DNA of 64,000 bases from Hyaloraphidium curvatum SAG 235-1. Lineage: Eukaryota > Fungi > Monoblepharomycota. Below are positions 1 through 12,090 of the stretch, piece by piece. The position numbers and the translations under genes are program-made. The notes under the pieces are model-generated. The model made no database searches. It saw only the letters and a program-made list of their open reading frames with translations, and had not been told where the DNA came from. Position 1 is the stretch's first letter; each line of letters starts with the position of its first letter. The stretch is from contig JAIVFI010000002.1 of NCBI GenBank assembly GCA_025558095.1, positions 620,001-684,000 of the forward strand, given 5' to 3'.

Positions 1-1150
1 CCGTCCACGAACACGTCGCGGTGCCTAGAGCACTCATCCGGGCAATGATTGGAACTTTTTGCGTGGCCGACAAGCGCAGGGCTCGAAGCTGGAGCTCTTG
101 GCGCGAAGTCAAGCCTTCGGAACAGGTACACGTATCCCTGTCACAACGCTCCCAGTGTGTGCCTACGTGTTCTGTTAGGATCTCCAGCATTCGCGATGGG
201 CGCAGGACTTGTCTGCGCGGGTCTACGGCTCTGCATCCGGAGCGATGGCTCGTCGCCCCATTCTGGGTGCACACCATGCCCTTCGCTCCCAACCTGGGCT
301 CCAACGGCCAAACGTCGTTTCTGGCATAGCGTAAGCAGCTCATTAAGCACACTGGTGGGCTTGAAGATCGTCCTGTCCCGAAAGCAGATAAGTGATAGCG
401 GGATGTCAACCGGACGTCAAGACCATAGGTCCGCCGTTTCGCTCCGAAACGGCCCTTCAGCCATTCTATTCCATTCGGTCTCCATGGGTGGCCATTGCTG
501 CGCCAGTGCTGCGCCAGTAGCTGTTTTTAACTCGACTTTGTACCAGAATAGAAGCTGTGGCTTACTTTCGGTGTCCCATCTCCTACGTTCGAACGATGTA
601 GTCCTCCATGGGGTTTAGCGTCCTACGCGCGACATTTGAAGGCTCGAGACCGGATCTGCGAAGTTCATGGTAGAGGGGAGTGCTAACACCTTGACTGTAT
701 GACCCTATGACCCAAGGTGGCAGGCTGCCGGCCCTGATTTCTTGCACGCATATCGTCCCAATGTCCTTCAACGCATCGATGCCTATCTTGAAGTTCATCA
801 ATCTGGCCCGCTTAACCTATCAACTACCGCCTTCTCCGCCTTTCCCTTGTCTTTTATGGCACATAATATATTGAGCCGAGTACGCGCGTCAGCAGTCTCA
901 AAAATGGGGCGGATAATTCTACGTCTGCACCCTGCCGTTCCATATCTTTCCGCATGCCCGCGATAGGGTTCCCTGTCCAGAAGAGGTCGAGATCCGACCA
1001 AAGCACGTTGTAGCCCAACTCCAGAGCGCGAAGAACCTTTGTGACTTCAACTTGACCTTGTGGCGGACCGATGCTGGGAGCATTCGGGGCCTTCCCCAAA
1101 CAAAACATGGCAAAAAGGGTGTTTCGTCGAACATGAACATCTTGAGCCAT
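1..1150 (-). pseudogene. Nucleotide-diphospho-sugar transferase (GT77-like) gene, fragmented or spliced, running off the window start
   Basis: ORF 854-1150 contains LRALELGYNVLWSDLDLFWTGNP, the typical PF03407 DxD block. The following segments lie in different frames, and one minus-strand frame is open from ~490 to base 1. Confidence 0.5.
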
Positions 1151-2558
1151 ACTGCTCGCAAATGAACCTCAACATTAGGCCTGCTGGTGTTCGCCTCACA
1201 GGGGAGCACATTCCAAACATTGTTTCGCGCACAACAGTGAGGTTATCCTCGCTAGGTCAGCAAGGGTTATTCCAGCATTAGTTCATTCTTTCTCGCGGAA
1301 AAACGCTCGTGCTCGATAGGCGGAGCTTCCGGTTGGGGAACGACGCATTCCAGTAAAGCTCGGGGTCCGCCCAGAGGTCCTCGACAGAGATTGCGGGACT
1401 GCGATACCAGTCAACTCGACGGCTGTTTGCTCCCGCCTCATGGCCATGGTGCCATGGTGCCATATTCATGCACGCGCTTGGCCGCAAAGCGGAGTCCCCG
1501 AGGAACCGTCTCGACTTTGCGCGACTGCACAGATACAGGTTTCACGCAGAGGGAACGGTCAACCCCGACGTACGGCCATCGGAATAAGGTAGCACTGCTT
1601 CATCGGGCTCTGTGGCTCTATCCTGATGTCGAGTAGTTCTTCATGAGCGACATTGACTCCATCGTTTTGCATCCCCATGTACTGATCCCGGTGGCCCACC
1701 CAAGACACGGGACGAGGTTGTTTCGAACATCAGCCTTCTTCGGTGGAGCGGTAAGAGCCAAGTGGATCCAAGCCCAAACCGCCTTGAGGTACCTTCTGAA
1801 CCAATTGCAAACCGAAGACGCGGCAAGATCTACTGGGAGAGCCAGGCTTTCAACTCTCCGGACATGTGTATTGGGAAACGCTCGATATCGGCCCCAACTT
1901 TCTGACGGATACTTTTGTCAATTTCATCAGGAAAGCAAAGGACAATTTTCGGGCGATCGGGGAGTTTTCAGATGCACAGGATCTTGTTTGCCCGCCTAGA
2001 GTGACTAGAGTCACGATCCCGTCAAGGTTTTACTTCGGGAGCTGGAGGGAAACATTCTCCGCGCAAACACCTTGCCTCGGATAAAGAAGGGCACGCCGGT
2101 TTTCCTGCCACCTCTAAGAAAGTCGAATTGCCCTCATCATGCGGGTCGTCGTCTTTATGCCAGCGTTCCTGCCACGCAGTAAGCCGCTGTTCAGTCAACG
2201 GACGCGTGTGACGGGCCGGGTCCAAACCTGGATCAAAGCCGGGCCTACCCGCTCACGCCGCCCACTGGTTTACAATCACGGTCTTGGAAGGCCCGAAGTA
2301 GAGTTAAATGTAGCTGGGGTTTGACTAAGCGAAGGTTGTTGTGTGAGCAAGAGTTTCTTCTTGCCCGCAAGAAGCAAGGGTCGGAACGCGTCCGTCTGCT
2401 CCTCGCGGCCCGGTTCAACCCACAAAGCGCTTCCGTCGTCACCCACGGTTTTGCAATTGAGCTCTATTGGTTTTCCGTGGCGCGTTCGACCCCGACATTT
2501 TCCTCGGCTCGTAATCAGATAAGTTTCTAGACGGCGGTGGAGTTTCAAGGGGCCTGTC

Positions 2559-3566
2559 CTAAATGCCGCACAGAACCCCAGTGAACTGTTGAAATCTGTG
2601 TTGAAGGAGGTCCCAGTCCTTCCGCCTCTCCCTGCGTATCTCATCAAAGCGAGGGTTAACGTATATCTCATTTGCCAATGCACCAGGTGTCTTCCTGTAC
2701 TCAGGAAAACGCTTCTCAAACCCAGCTGCATTTAGCATCCTTGCGATTGCCGCATCCTTTTCTGGCTGATTCCCATCGGCTTCAACGATGACCACTCGTA
2801 TGTTCGTTACAGTGAAGTCAATAGTTCGAACTATCATGAGTTCCCCCCCTTCGACATCCAGTGAAAAAAGGTCGATGTCAAGGATACCGGTCATTTCCAG
2901 AATTGATTGCATGGGCATGCATCCAACAGAAACTGTGGTTCTCCTCGCCGGATCTGGATGCCACACGTCCAAAAACTTTGACGAGCTGTAGCCTTCTTCC
3001 AGTGCTGTCGCAACTGCAGACCCAGAGCTTCGATTTAAAAACTTGATTGACGCCTTCTGGCCATCCCAAAACGGGGACAAACCACAGATGCTCATGGCGA
3101 AGTAGCGTGAACGAGGCCTTCCACTTTTCTTTGCTTCGTACGCTAGATTACTATTTGGAAATGCGTCAAAGAGCAGACCTCGCCAATTCAGATAATGCTC
3201 ATAGAAGCGGGTGTTCGAAAATCCAAAGCCATCTACTGCGCCAATCTCAAGGAAGGTGCCCTCATAGTCAGCGGGTAGTGTTTTCGAGAAAAGATTGTCC
3301 CAGAGGAAGATATCTTCTTTTCCTTGAGACGAGAGAGTCTTGTAAGGTCCTGGAAGAGGTGGAGAGCGGCACTGATACAGCTGCGGAAATGCAAACGGCG
3401 CCGCCGTATACTGAAGTTTTAGGAAGCTGTCCTTTGAAGGAGCAGGTGTTACGCCACTACTAAAGTAGAGCACCAGAATAAAGGCAAAGGTAACCGTGCA
3501 CACAGTGGACGTGTAGATGGGATTTTTTGTAGGTTGCAGAGCGCCGGAGCAACGAGAGAGGCTCAT
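2559..3566 (-). CDS. FkbM-family (Methyltransf_21) SAM-dependent methyltransferase, type II membrane protein
   Basis: Motifs FLEIGAVDGFGFSNTRFYEHYLNWRGLLFD and IDLFSLDVEGGEL; N-terminal hydrophobic anchor VTFAFILVLYF. First true ATG at 3566 (the ORF-track start at 3674 is non-ATG). Confidence 0.85.
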   Translation of the reverse strand: MSLSRCSGALQPTKNPIYTSTVCTVTFAFILVLYFSSGVTPAPSKDSFLKLQYTAAPFAFPQLYQCRSPPLPGPYKTLSSQGKEDIFLWDNLFSKTLPADYEGTFLEIGAVDGFGFSNTRFYEHYLNWRGLLFDAFPNSNLAYEAKKSGRPRSRYFAMSICGLSPFWDGQKASIKFLNRSSGSAVATALEEGYSSSKFLDVWHPDPARRTTVSVGCMPMQSILEMTGILDIDLFSLDVEGGELMIVRTIDFTVTNIRVVIVEADGNQPEKDAAIARMLNAAGFEKRFPEYRKTPGALANEIYVNPRFDEIRRERRKDWDLLQHRFQQFTGVLCGI

Positions 3567-5559
3567 AGACTCGCCAGCAACTTTTCTCGGGCCGGCGGTG
3601 TGGTTTTCGCAGAGCGGTAGGGCGCAAGTTTCTGATTGATGTACGCGCGCGGCGTCGTCGGAAAACCCCGGCAAAACATTCCCGACATTCTCGACATTTC
3701 GAACGTCCGGAATGTCGCGAATGTCAAGAACGACAAAACCGTGATAGAGGAGATCTCGTCAAGTCGATGATGTCAGAGGATCCTTGCGAAGTTTGTTTCC
3801 GATGGGCTGTCATGGATGCCTTGAACAAGCAAGAGCGGCCTGACTGGCTCTGAGGTCCTCCAGAGCGAAGTAGAGGTGTCGACCTTGCTCGCTTCCGGTG
3901 CTCTTTTTGAACTGCTGGATTCCTAACAGGCCTTGACCTTACGTCGTCCCATGAACAACAACAGTTCGCGGGGATCCTGAGCTCGCACTCCCCAAGGATG
4001 CCGAACTTGACTTCTAAGTTCGAATCGCAATCAAGAATGAGTACCAACATCCGATATAGTGTAAAGCAAGAGGGCGGAGGAGGAGGTAATCAAACTATCA
4101 GATAACGGCACTATTATGGCAAAGGGCTCACCCGTCGTCTTCGTGCACAGCATTTAGTGGATTAAATTCCAGGCGGTTTTGTTTATGGTTCACCGCGCCC
4201 TGCAGTTGGTAAGGCATGGCGCGAAGGCGACAATGTAGACAAGTACGGCAGATCCAGCCTTGAACCTCCAGCCATCTTCTCGAAGTGTTGGGTGACCCCT
4301 GGGTGGCTTATAAACGCCGATCGCCGATCGACAGAGCTGTTGCTGGACTTGTGATTAGGGGGGTGGCTTTTTTTTTCGCAGACCCTCCGTTGATTTTGCA
4401 GGCCAAGGTATCTCTCTTGGACATTGGGCCTCGAACAAGCACGAGTGGCGAGGCCGCCTAGCTGATTACACGCTAGACCAGCTTGCACGCTTTCCGGGTA
4501 GGAAGGTTGAACTAATCTCCGAGCAGGAATTCATGCACGATGTGAGGGCACGCAATAGCTGTACGGTGGGCCAAAGCAGTGATGTTACGTGAATGCGACT
4601 TCTTGTGCACGAGATCTACCTAGTGCCATTCCCCTACACCCTTTATGGGCGTACACTTTTTTGTCGTCGTAGCCTTGTTGTTGCAGTCCGGAGACCCTCA
4701 ACTAAATCCGCACGAGATAAAAAATGGCAGCTATCTTGCATTTGCTGTTCATGCAGAGCTGATGGCCGGTTGTGACAGGACCAGTACGGGGAGCGACTGG
4801 GGCTTTTTATCTTAGGCAACCCATCCCATCTGATGTCGCTATCCTCGACGCTCGAGAAAGAAATCCTAACCAAATTGGACAGACCATCGGATGGTCGCAC
4901 AGCTGCACATTTAAAGGACCATGTCTCAAAGCAAAAGACTCGACGTCGCATTTCCTCGCCTCAGCTCAAGTACAGTCGACACGGACGGCAATTACGGAAC
5001 GCCCAGGGTTACTTTCAGATCCTCAAAATGTGCCTGAGTGTGTAGCAAGTTCAGCCTGCTGTACATATAGGCTCATCTGCGAGGAGAGGCCACTTCTCAC
5101 ACATGCTGCGAGTTTTGTTCTTGAATACAATCCAGCTAAAGTGAGCGGCTTTCTCATTTACTGAAGGCTCCTTCGGAGGTAGACAGAAATGGAGCGGGGA
5201 AGACTTGACTCGGAGATCGTTGTCCAGCAGACTACATCAATCCCATTTGAGTGGGTGGTGTACCACTTCTGTGCGATAGATCAAGACATCGTGAAGTTGC
5301 AGGGCGCCGTAAAATGTAGCATAGTCTGGTTGTCCACGAACGAAGCAGGCGCGCGGCCCGTCGCCTTCCGTTGGGAGACCGTGGCACGTGTCCGGCGAAT
5401 GATTTTCCCGGCATCACCGGCGACGTGAAGGCGACGGCCCCCTGCCCGCAGGCAAGATGATCGCGGGACCGCTAGGCGCTGTCCTATGTTACTCTCTTGC
5501 CCGGCGCCGGTGCCGACGACTGAAACCCATCTGGCCAGCGTTTCTGCGGGGCGTCACCC

Positions 5560-5775
5560 TTTCCTTCCGATCCAATGGCATGCATCAATTCCGTTCTCCG
5601 TGTAAATTGATCTGTGCACAAGTGCAGACGACACGTTTACAAGTCGAAAGTGGAAATCATACAAAGGCACATCCGCGATAGATGGGCTGTTCTAGTACCC
5701 TTATGTCCGCTGCCTCCGTGACCAAAGAATCGATATCGGCCGCATTAGTCGCATTGAAATTGACACCTCTCTCAA
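5560..5775 (-). repeat. Diverged duplicate of the 3' end of the adjacent glycosyltransferase gene
   Basis: 5560-5775 aligns with ~6195-6415; peptide ERGVNFNATNAADIDSLVTEAADIRVL versus EKGVNFNATNPVDIDSLVTEEADLRVL. Confidence 0.8.
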
Positions 5776-6186
5776 TGCTTTCAATGCTGAGAATGAGGTA
5801 GTTCACTGAAACCGCGCGCAATGTGGCATATGCGATAGTGGGCGAAAGTTTTGCGAGACTGGCTCGAAGTATGGAAACTCCAGACCCGCAGAGTTGAGCT
5901 GCGATGGGGTCGGATTGGGGCGGGACTGGCGGACGGAGGACCTCCAATGACCTCAGCTTATTATCGCTTCGGACGTTATTGTAGTGTACGCTTAACGAGA
6001 GACACCGTTCGGCACCAGCCAGATGCTGCAGACTTGCGTTGATCATCCGAAAAGCCCTCACAGGAACAAAGTGGTAGTGATGTTTTGGCCCAGGGCTAGC
6101 GGGTGCAGGGGACCGGAGGGACTACAGTTTAGATGACGCGGAATCATTGTCAATTCTATACACTCTTGCTTTCACTCGAGGCCTCC

Positions 6187-8973
6187 TCATGTCACTTTAC
6201 GTCCGATCCAATGGCACCCATCAATTCCATTTTCCATGTAGATCGACCTGCGCGCCAGTGCAAGTGAGACATCCACAAGTCGGAAGTGGAAATCGAACAA
6301 AGGCACGTCGTTCATTGGTGGGGTGTTTTTCACTAGTACCCTTAAATCCGCTTCCTCCGTGACCAAAGAATCGATATCGACCGGATTGGTTGCATTAAAA
6401 TTGACCCCTTTCTCCCTGAAGTTCGTTATCAACGCCAACCCTTTGGGGTGATTTGTATACAAGCCATACAAGCCCATTTCGTAAGCAAAGCGAATGAAGT
6501 AGGGAGTCCACAGCTGTCCAGGTCTCTCCAATGTCCATTTGTTGGACAGAAGAGTAGGAACACAGGGAATGAATGTGACATTGCTTGTCAGCTTGCCATC
6601 CAACCAAGACAAGAACGAGTTCCAGACACTTCCTATCATGACAGGGGCCCAGCTCGAAACCAACTGATACCTGTAGAAAACAGTGCCAGCCGGGAGCAAT
6701 TCCGCAGGCTTTCGGCCGTAGCGTACTTGTTTCGTTTCGCCAAGAATGGTGTGTTGCCTTTGAAGCATGATCCCAAAGAGGCTGGGATCATAGTTGCTGT
6801 CGTTCACGTAGAAGTGCTCTACTGCTGAAGTGATGAACTTGAACGCGTACTTCGAAACAACTATGTCGTCTTCTAGAATGAGTAGAAGCTCATGAACCGC
6901 GGCCGGAATTGACAACCACTGTTGCACAATGCCCTTGTGAGCTTTTTGATCTATCACCTGGTAGGATCCAAGCTTCCAAACAAAGGACTTCAGAAACGCA
7001 ATAGTGGCATTCCTTGCTCTCAGCTGCTCAATGTCCGCCCTGTCTGCTGCATCGACAGAGACATCAAGAGACACTTTGAGATCCCCAAAATCAGCGTCAA
7101 GAAGGGACTGTAACAATCGCTGCAACGAACTAAGCCTACTCTGCGTGAGCACACGTATGCGAAGAGTCCACTTCTCACGGATACTGGCAGGGAGAGATGG
7201 GTGCTCCGGTCCCCTTAAACAGGACTGTTTTTCGCTGTCCCATAACATTAACCCGTTATCTTTGAACCGACTTGTTTTGTTCCCGATTCCGACAATCCAG
7301 TTGTTGTGTATGGCCCACGGCACCACGCCAGTCAGTTGAGGTCTCCGGTCCGTAAAATATGCTTCTCCATCAACAAAAAGTTCCTCGGGAAGGAGACAGA
7401 AATTGAGCTGTGGGAACTTCACTCGGAGATCGTTGATGCACTCCTGCTCTGTGTACTTTGAAGCTTCGTACCTCTTGCCAACATGAGCCCGCAAAAACGC
7501 CATGTTCTGCCGCTGACAGTACAGAACCCGGGTCCAATATGTGACGGCATCCTCACTATGCCTAACGACCACAAAGCCGCCAGTCATTTTCGTCTTCTTG
7601 TGTGGCATGCCAATTACATCACAGGATGTGTTGAACAACTCTGGAACTGAGTTCGTCCAGATTATATCGACGTCGGCTGTTCCCACAGTCAACCCCATTT
7701 GAAGCAGCTGCTGTACCACTTCTGTGCGATAAGTCATGACAATCTGAAATTGCAGGGAACCGTAATCTGAAGCACCGGAATCCAAAGTAGTCTGATTGCC
7801 CACAAAGGCAGTAGGCTGGCCAGCACTGCGCAAAATGTTGAGCGAATTTTCATCCACAGCAAGGAAGACGTAGTTATCAAAGCCCGAAGTTTTGGCCCAA
7901 CAAGCCCAGTTGAGAGCCAAGTTTGCATACCCAGCGGTCACAGTGAGCATCAACAACAATCGAGTTTTAGGATGTGCTCGGCGGTAAGCCAAGACTTTCA
8001 GCTCATCGTTCTGCTTTTGAAATTGAATTCGGCAATCAGGGCACACCCCACGAACAACGATAGGGGCGTTGTCGATGCGCCCAACCAAATAGGCCTCTGC
8101 GTATCTCCGTTTGACCACATCGTCGTTGTAGTCCGCTCCGAATCGTCGCTTGTGCTGATCATCTTCTTTTCGGGGAAGTCCCTGATGAACTGCAAGAACG
8201 GATTCACTCGCGTCCACGACTGTGACAGACTCCTTCCCAAGAAACTCCAGCAACAGCGCGTTGTCCCAACGCCATCTACCGATCAGGAAATCAGGAAAGT
8301 TATTCGGTAGGCTTTTGACGTCAAAAAGAAAATAATCGATACCAAATGGCGAGTGTGGAGATTCCTCTGTCTTCTGAACAAGTCTTAAAGCCTCCGACAC
8401 GTCCAATCGCCGAGGCTTTTGCCCATCGTCTACATCGTGGCGGCGTCCCACCATGACGAAATCGTGACCGAAGCGCTTCCTTAGCTCGGCCAAAGTGGAA
8501 GAGAGGCCGGACGCAATGATAACGTCGCTGTTTAGGAACATCATGAACTCGTTTGGTCGGGCATGTTGCGCTGCTGTCGCCATGATGCAAGATATGGTCG
8601 GAAGGCTGTACGTAGGATGCTGACATGACGCAACAGTACAAATGACGTCGCCGAGGGATGTGAACGAAGGAGAACAATGCTCCGACTGCTCCACTAGGGC
8701 AAGTACACGAACAGAGAGCGAGTCGGATTTGGTGTTCAGCCAGCTTCGAAGGGCATTCTCTTCTCTCGCAAGCGAAAGATCAGACCCCTTGTCATGCTTG
8801 AGCCCAAGGAGTGAAGATACCACTAGCACTGAATCTCCACTGTCCGCGGTGCGGTTCGAACAATCCCTTCCAATGCCGAGAAGTCCCGGTGCTGCCATCT
8901 TCCCCATTAAGAACAAGGAAGCGAACAGAGACAAAGATGTAAGTGTTCTTCGGCGGAATCTCCAACTTCTCAT
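6187..8973 (-). CDS. Multi-domain glycosyltransferase (GT-A-like + GT77 nucleotide-diphospho-sugar transferase + GT2-like), intronless
   Basis: Likely start ATG 8973 (MRSWRFRRR followed by a TM helix). Three DxD-type modules: FMMFLNSDVII...VGRRHD...GIDYFLF...WDNALL; TADVDIIW...GGFVVVR...EQECIN...HNNWIVG; RLSSLQRLLQSL...LLLILEDDIVVS. Confidence 0.85.
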   Translation of the reverse strand: MRSWRFRRRTLTSLSLFASLFLMGKMAAPGLLGIGRDCSNRTADSGDSVLVVSSLLGLKHDKGSDLSLAREENALRSWLNTKSDSLSVRVLALVEQSEHCSPSFTSLGDVICTVASCQHPTYSLPTISCIMATAAQHARPNEFMMFLNSDVIIASGLSSTLAELRKRFGHDFVMVGRRHDVDDGQKPRRLDVSEALRLVQKTEESPHSPFGIDYFLFDVKSLPNNFPDFLIGRWRWDNALLLEFLGKESVTVVDASESVLAVHQGLPRKEDDQHKRRFGADYNDDVVKRRYAEAYLVGRIDNAPIVVRGVCPDCRIQFQKQNDELKVLAYRRAHPKTRLLLMLTVTAGYANLALNWACWAKTSGFDNYVFLAVDENSLNILRSAGQPTAFVGNQTTLDSGASDYGSLQFQIVMTYRTEVVQQLLQMGLTVGTADVDIIWTNSVPELFNTSCDVIGMPHKKTKMTGGFVVVRHSEDAVTYWTRVLYCQRQNMAFLRAHVGKRYEASKYTEQECINDLRVKFPQLNFCLLPEELFVDGEAYFTDRRPQLTGVVPWAIHNNWIVGIGNKTSRFKDNGLMLWDSEKQSCLRGPEHPSLPASIREKWTLRIRVLTQSRLSSLQRLLQSLLDADFGDLKVSLDVSVDAADRADIEQLRARNATIAFLKSFVWKLGSYQVIDQKAHKGIVQQWLSIPAAVHELLLILEDDIVVSKYAFKFITSAVEHFYVNDSNYDPSLFGIMLQRQHTILGETKQVRYGRKPAELLPAGTVFYRYQLVSSWAPVMIGSVWNSFLSWLDGKLTSNVTFIPCVPTLLSNKWTLERPGQLWTPYFIRFAYEMGLYGLYTNHPKGLALITNFREKGVNFNATNPVDIDSLVTEEADLRVLVKNTPPMNDVPLFDFHFRLVDVSLALARRSIYMENGIDGCHWIGRKVT

Positions 8974-9107
8974 CTTGGGTGAAGATGAACTGAAAATGGA
9001 AAGGGAGTGGCTGCAAACAAGGCCAATGATTTGAAATACACATAACGCGTCCAGCGACTGCGACCTCATCAGGACAATTATCAGCCGGGTGCAATAACAG
9101 TACGGAC

Positions 9108-9953
9108 ATGAAAATGCGCCGCCAAAGCCTGGGGTGCGGTGCTGGTACCATCTTCCTTGCCCTATTGGCCGGGTTCTCCTTGTACCGTGTGAATATTGGA
9201 CACGACATTGGCAGGAGTTGTGATTGGGCTGTCGACCCTGAGTCTGAAGAATGCAAGAACAGCAGTCGTTCAGCATTGCGAGAGCTTGGGGAGAAAGTAC
9301 TGCAGGGAGGTTCAAAGACTTGTGCACTCGCCTCCTTCGGCCAAGGCTTCGGGCACCACAAGTTATGCACGATCAAATCCTTCAGAGATTGCATTTTCTA
9401 CTCTTTTGGGATCAGCTACGACTATAGCTTTGACAGCGCACTCGGAGACAAGGGCTGCCGTGGATTCGGTCTGGATCCGACTGTTGTGCACAGAAGCACG
9501 TTGCACAGGAACGTAATGTTCATCCAAATGGGCGCCAAAATGCTCACAACCGACGAGCAAACGGCGCGTTGGCATATCACATCCGTCCCTGGTCTGCGGC
9601 AGTTCTTGGGCCACACCAATGTGACCGTCTTGAAAATGGATTGCGAAGGCTGCGAATATTCGTTGGCACGAGACGTTGCTATGGAAGACCCGCATTTCTT
9701 CCAAAGGGTAGGCCAGTTTGCGCTGGAGATACATACAGGAAAGGCATGGGCCAGATCGGATAGGCATGTTCACTATCTTGGATTGTTGTTCGCGCAACTT
9801 CAGGCAGCGAACCTGGAGTTGCAACATGCAGTTATTGTCCGATGTGGCCCCAGCCGGGAGGCAGAGGGATGCATAAAGAAGCTGAATGACTCTGGTTACC
9901 CTTGTCAGCCAATGTGCCATAATCTTCTTTTTGCACGGCCGGACCTGTGGTGA
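9108..9953 (+). CDS. METTL24-like (Methyltransf_22) methyltransferase, membrane-anchored
   Basis: CIFYSFGISYDYSFD and VLKMDCEGCEY motifs; N-terminal TM IFLALLAGFSL; head-to-head with the GT gene. Confidence 0.85.
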   Translation: MKMRRQSLGCGAGTIFLALLAGFSLYRVNIGHDIGRSCDWAVDPESEECKNSSRSALRELGEKVLQGGSKTCALASFGQGFGHHKLCTIKSFRDCIFYSFGISYDYSFDSALGDKGCRGFGLDPTVVHRSTLHRNVMFIQMGAKMLTTDEQTARWHITSVPGLRQFLGHTNVTVLKMDCEGCEYSLARDVAMEDPHFFQRVGQFALEIHTGKAWARSDRHVHYLGLLFAQLQAANLELQHAVIVRCGPSREAEGCIKKLNDSGYPCQPMCHNLLFARPDLW

Positions 9954-10800
9954 TAGCCGTGACAGCAAACGTAGATCTCGGACTCGGATTCCTCTTGAAA
10001 CTTATTGTAAGCAGAGTCGCTTTGGGACCAGACGATATGCTAGCCAGGGGTTGCACGAGCTCGCTTCACTTTTGAAAGACGAGGCCAGGTGCGCTCGTCG
10101 CACTCGTAGCGATTGCGCTCCGTAAATGTTCTTATGCCTGACCGGGCATATTCCGCTCGATCCGCGGCTCCGTACTTCGCACGCCAAACTTCCTAATCCA
10201 ATCATAGCCCCTTTCGATCCGCCCTCGGTCGAGAGCCTGTTCTATGGGAAAACCATCTTTGAGCTCGACGCGGGACTTTTGTCGGAGGAGGACTGGTCTG
10301 GCCAGTCCTAGAGATTTGCTCTCGCAGAGGTCCGTCGCGTAGGATTTTCGCCTAATGGGGCAGCCCAGACCCTTCCACGACACTGTTTCGAAACCTGCAG
10401 TTCTCGGCCGACTCCGAAACACTGGCTGTCACACAAGGCGGTTGTTCGGAGCGGTCGAGCTCCCCAGAGCCTCTCGGCCTCACGATCGTCGAGGAGGCCC
10501 CTGGCCAGATCAGCTTGTTTTCAGCACTTGGTCTGGCCAGACGTTCTAGCCATGGTGCAAAAAGACACGTGGAAAGGATCTGGCCAGCAACTTGGTCGAA
10601 TTGCCCAGCACTGACTGGCAGCTGGGGTAAATCGCGCATGCATCGGCCCTATAACACGTCCGGCAAGTCCCACGCGGCTGCGCCACGCCCGTCTGGCTTT
10701 GGGTTGCTCACGCACGGCAAGTCCTGGGAAGCAAGAACCTAACAGGGCTGCCTTATTGTCAGACGCAATATCGCGTGGGGGCGGGGTAGCCCACTTTCGT

Positions 10801-11874
10801 CTAAAGTGGACACTTGTTCAGAACATCGTACTTGGACCCTCCTTGGAAATGCAGGCTTTTCATTCGGACATAATTTTCTCCGTCCTTTCGATACGGGAGG
10901 CCAAGTTCATCCTGTAGAAAGTCACTATCAGCAAATGCTTGCCGGTGATCGAAGACCTTTGGGTCGAATGTACAGGTGCGTCCAGAGTTCTTTGCAACAA
11001 CAAACATATTGAGGATTGCCATGTCGGAAATCCCGCCCCGAACTCTTTTCTGTTGCTTGACATAGTGCGCTTGGTATGCGTCCCACATAGTTTGCAAAAC
11101 CGTGATCCGTTCACCATAAAGCTCAAGGATGAATGTGGCGAACTCAGATATCGCCTTACGTGTCCAAAGTGAGGAGTGGCCGCTCGCGGAAGACCGTGTA
11201 CGATGCAGGTGCACCTGGCAATCATGGCCACAAGAAACGTCGCTAGATGCATTTGCGAACAACAACACGTCGCTGTCCAAATACAGAGCTTGATCGAAGC
11301 TGTTTTCGGTCAAGAAGGCATCCAAGACCAGCCAGCGGCGAATGCAAAATTCTTCGAAAGCCGCTGGATTCGCCGAAAAATGGCGATACATCCCATCAAA
11401 CCTCTTGTAGGCCATCGCAATGTTGCTGTTATTGTCATTTACGTTCACGTGGAAATGCTGAACGCATGAGGAGGGAACGGCCGGTACCTCTTCGCCACCG
11501 ACAGTTATCGCAAAAACCTGGTCGTTCAGCTCGCAGGCAATTTCCATTGCGTATCCGAAGAAAGATTGGCCAGCGATCTTGATCCCCGGGAGCTCAATAA
11601 ACACTACTGGTATGGAGCCGTGGCTCTCATTGCACGGAATCACTTGCTCCAAATGGCGGGCCCGCCTGCGTAGAGCATCGTTCGTTCTCAGTGAAGGACA
11701 CGAGAAATTTGGACTGAAGCTGGGACCGGCGTGTGACCAGGTGATTGCCGGGGTCTCTCGCGGTAACAGGAAGGCAGTAGAACAGAAGGCCAGCCAAAGC
11801 GTCCCTACGCCCAACGAAAGAAAGAGAGAAACACGACCGCCGGTCCTGATTTCTCGTAGATGTTTATGCGTCAT
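10801..11874 (-). CDS. Putative GT-A fold glycosyltransferase, type II membrane protein
   Basis: FEEFCIRRWLVL...ALYLDSDVLLF (DxD), SDMAIL, terminal SLHFQG-x-x-K; TM segment near the N-terminus; probable ATG at 11874. Confidence 0.7.
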   Translation of the reverse strand: MTHKHLREIRTGGRVSLFLSLGVGTLWLAFCSTAFLLPRETPAITWSHAGPSFSPNFSCPSLRTNDALRRRARHLEQVIPCNESHGSIPVVFIELPGIKIAGQSFFGYAMEIACELNDQVFAITVGGEEVPAVPSSCVQHFHVNVNDNNSNIAMAYKRFDGMYRHFSANPAAFEEFCIRRWLVLDAFLTENSFDQALYLDSDVLLFANASSDVSCGHDCQVHLHRTRSSASGHSSLWTRKAISEFATFILELYGERITVLQTMWDAYQAHYVKQQKRVRGGISDMAILNMFVVAKNSGRTCTFDPKVFDHRQAFADSDFLQDELGLPYRKDGENYVRMKSLHFQGGSKYDVLNKCPL

Positions 11875-12090
11875 TGAAGTTAACCCTTGCCGTCGGGTCA
11901 GATCTGACCCATAGGCAAGAGGTGGGCACTCACAAAACATCAACCCGCTCCCGGCGTTCACCACACGCACAATTCGCGCCAAGAGGCCCTGAAAACTAGC
12001 CAGACGATGAATATTACATAGCTACCCACGATGGTGGGGTAATTTTACCCCGATCACGTTAAGGGATGGAGGTCCCGGCCGAGGACCCTT

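Noticed and set aside
1500-5500. Short ORFs at 1643-2530 and 3724-5428
   Set aside because: No recognisable motifs; possibly decayed genes but not supportable.
8974-9327. N-terminal 118 aa of the 1046-aa ORF overlapping the methyltransferase gene
   Set aside because: Non-ATG start, antisense to a real gene; the TM-anchored protein plausibly begins at ATG 8973.
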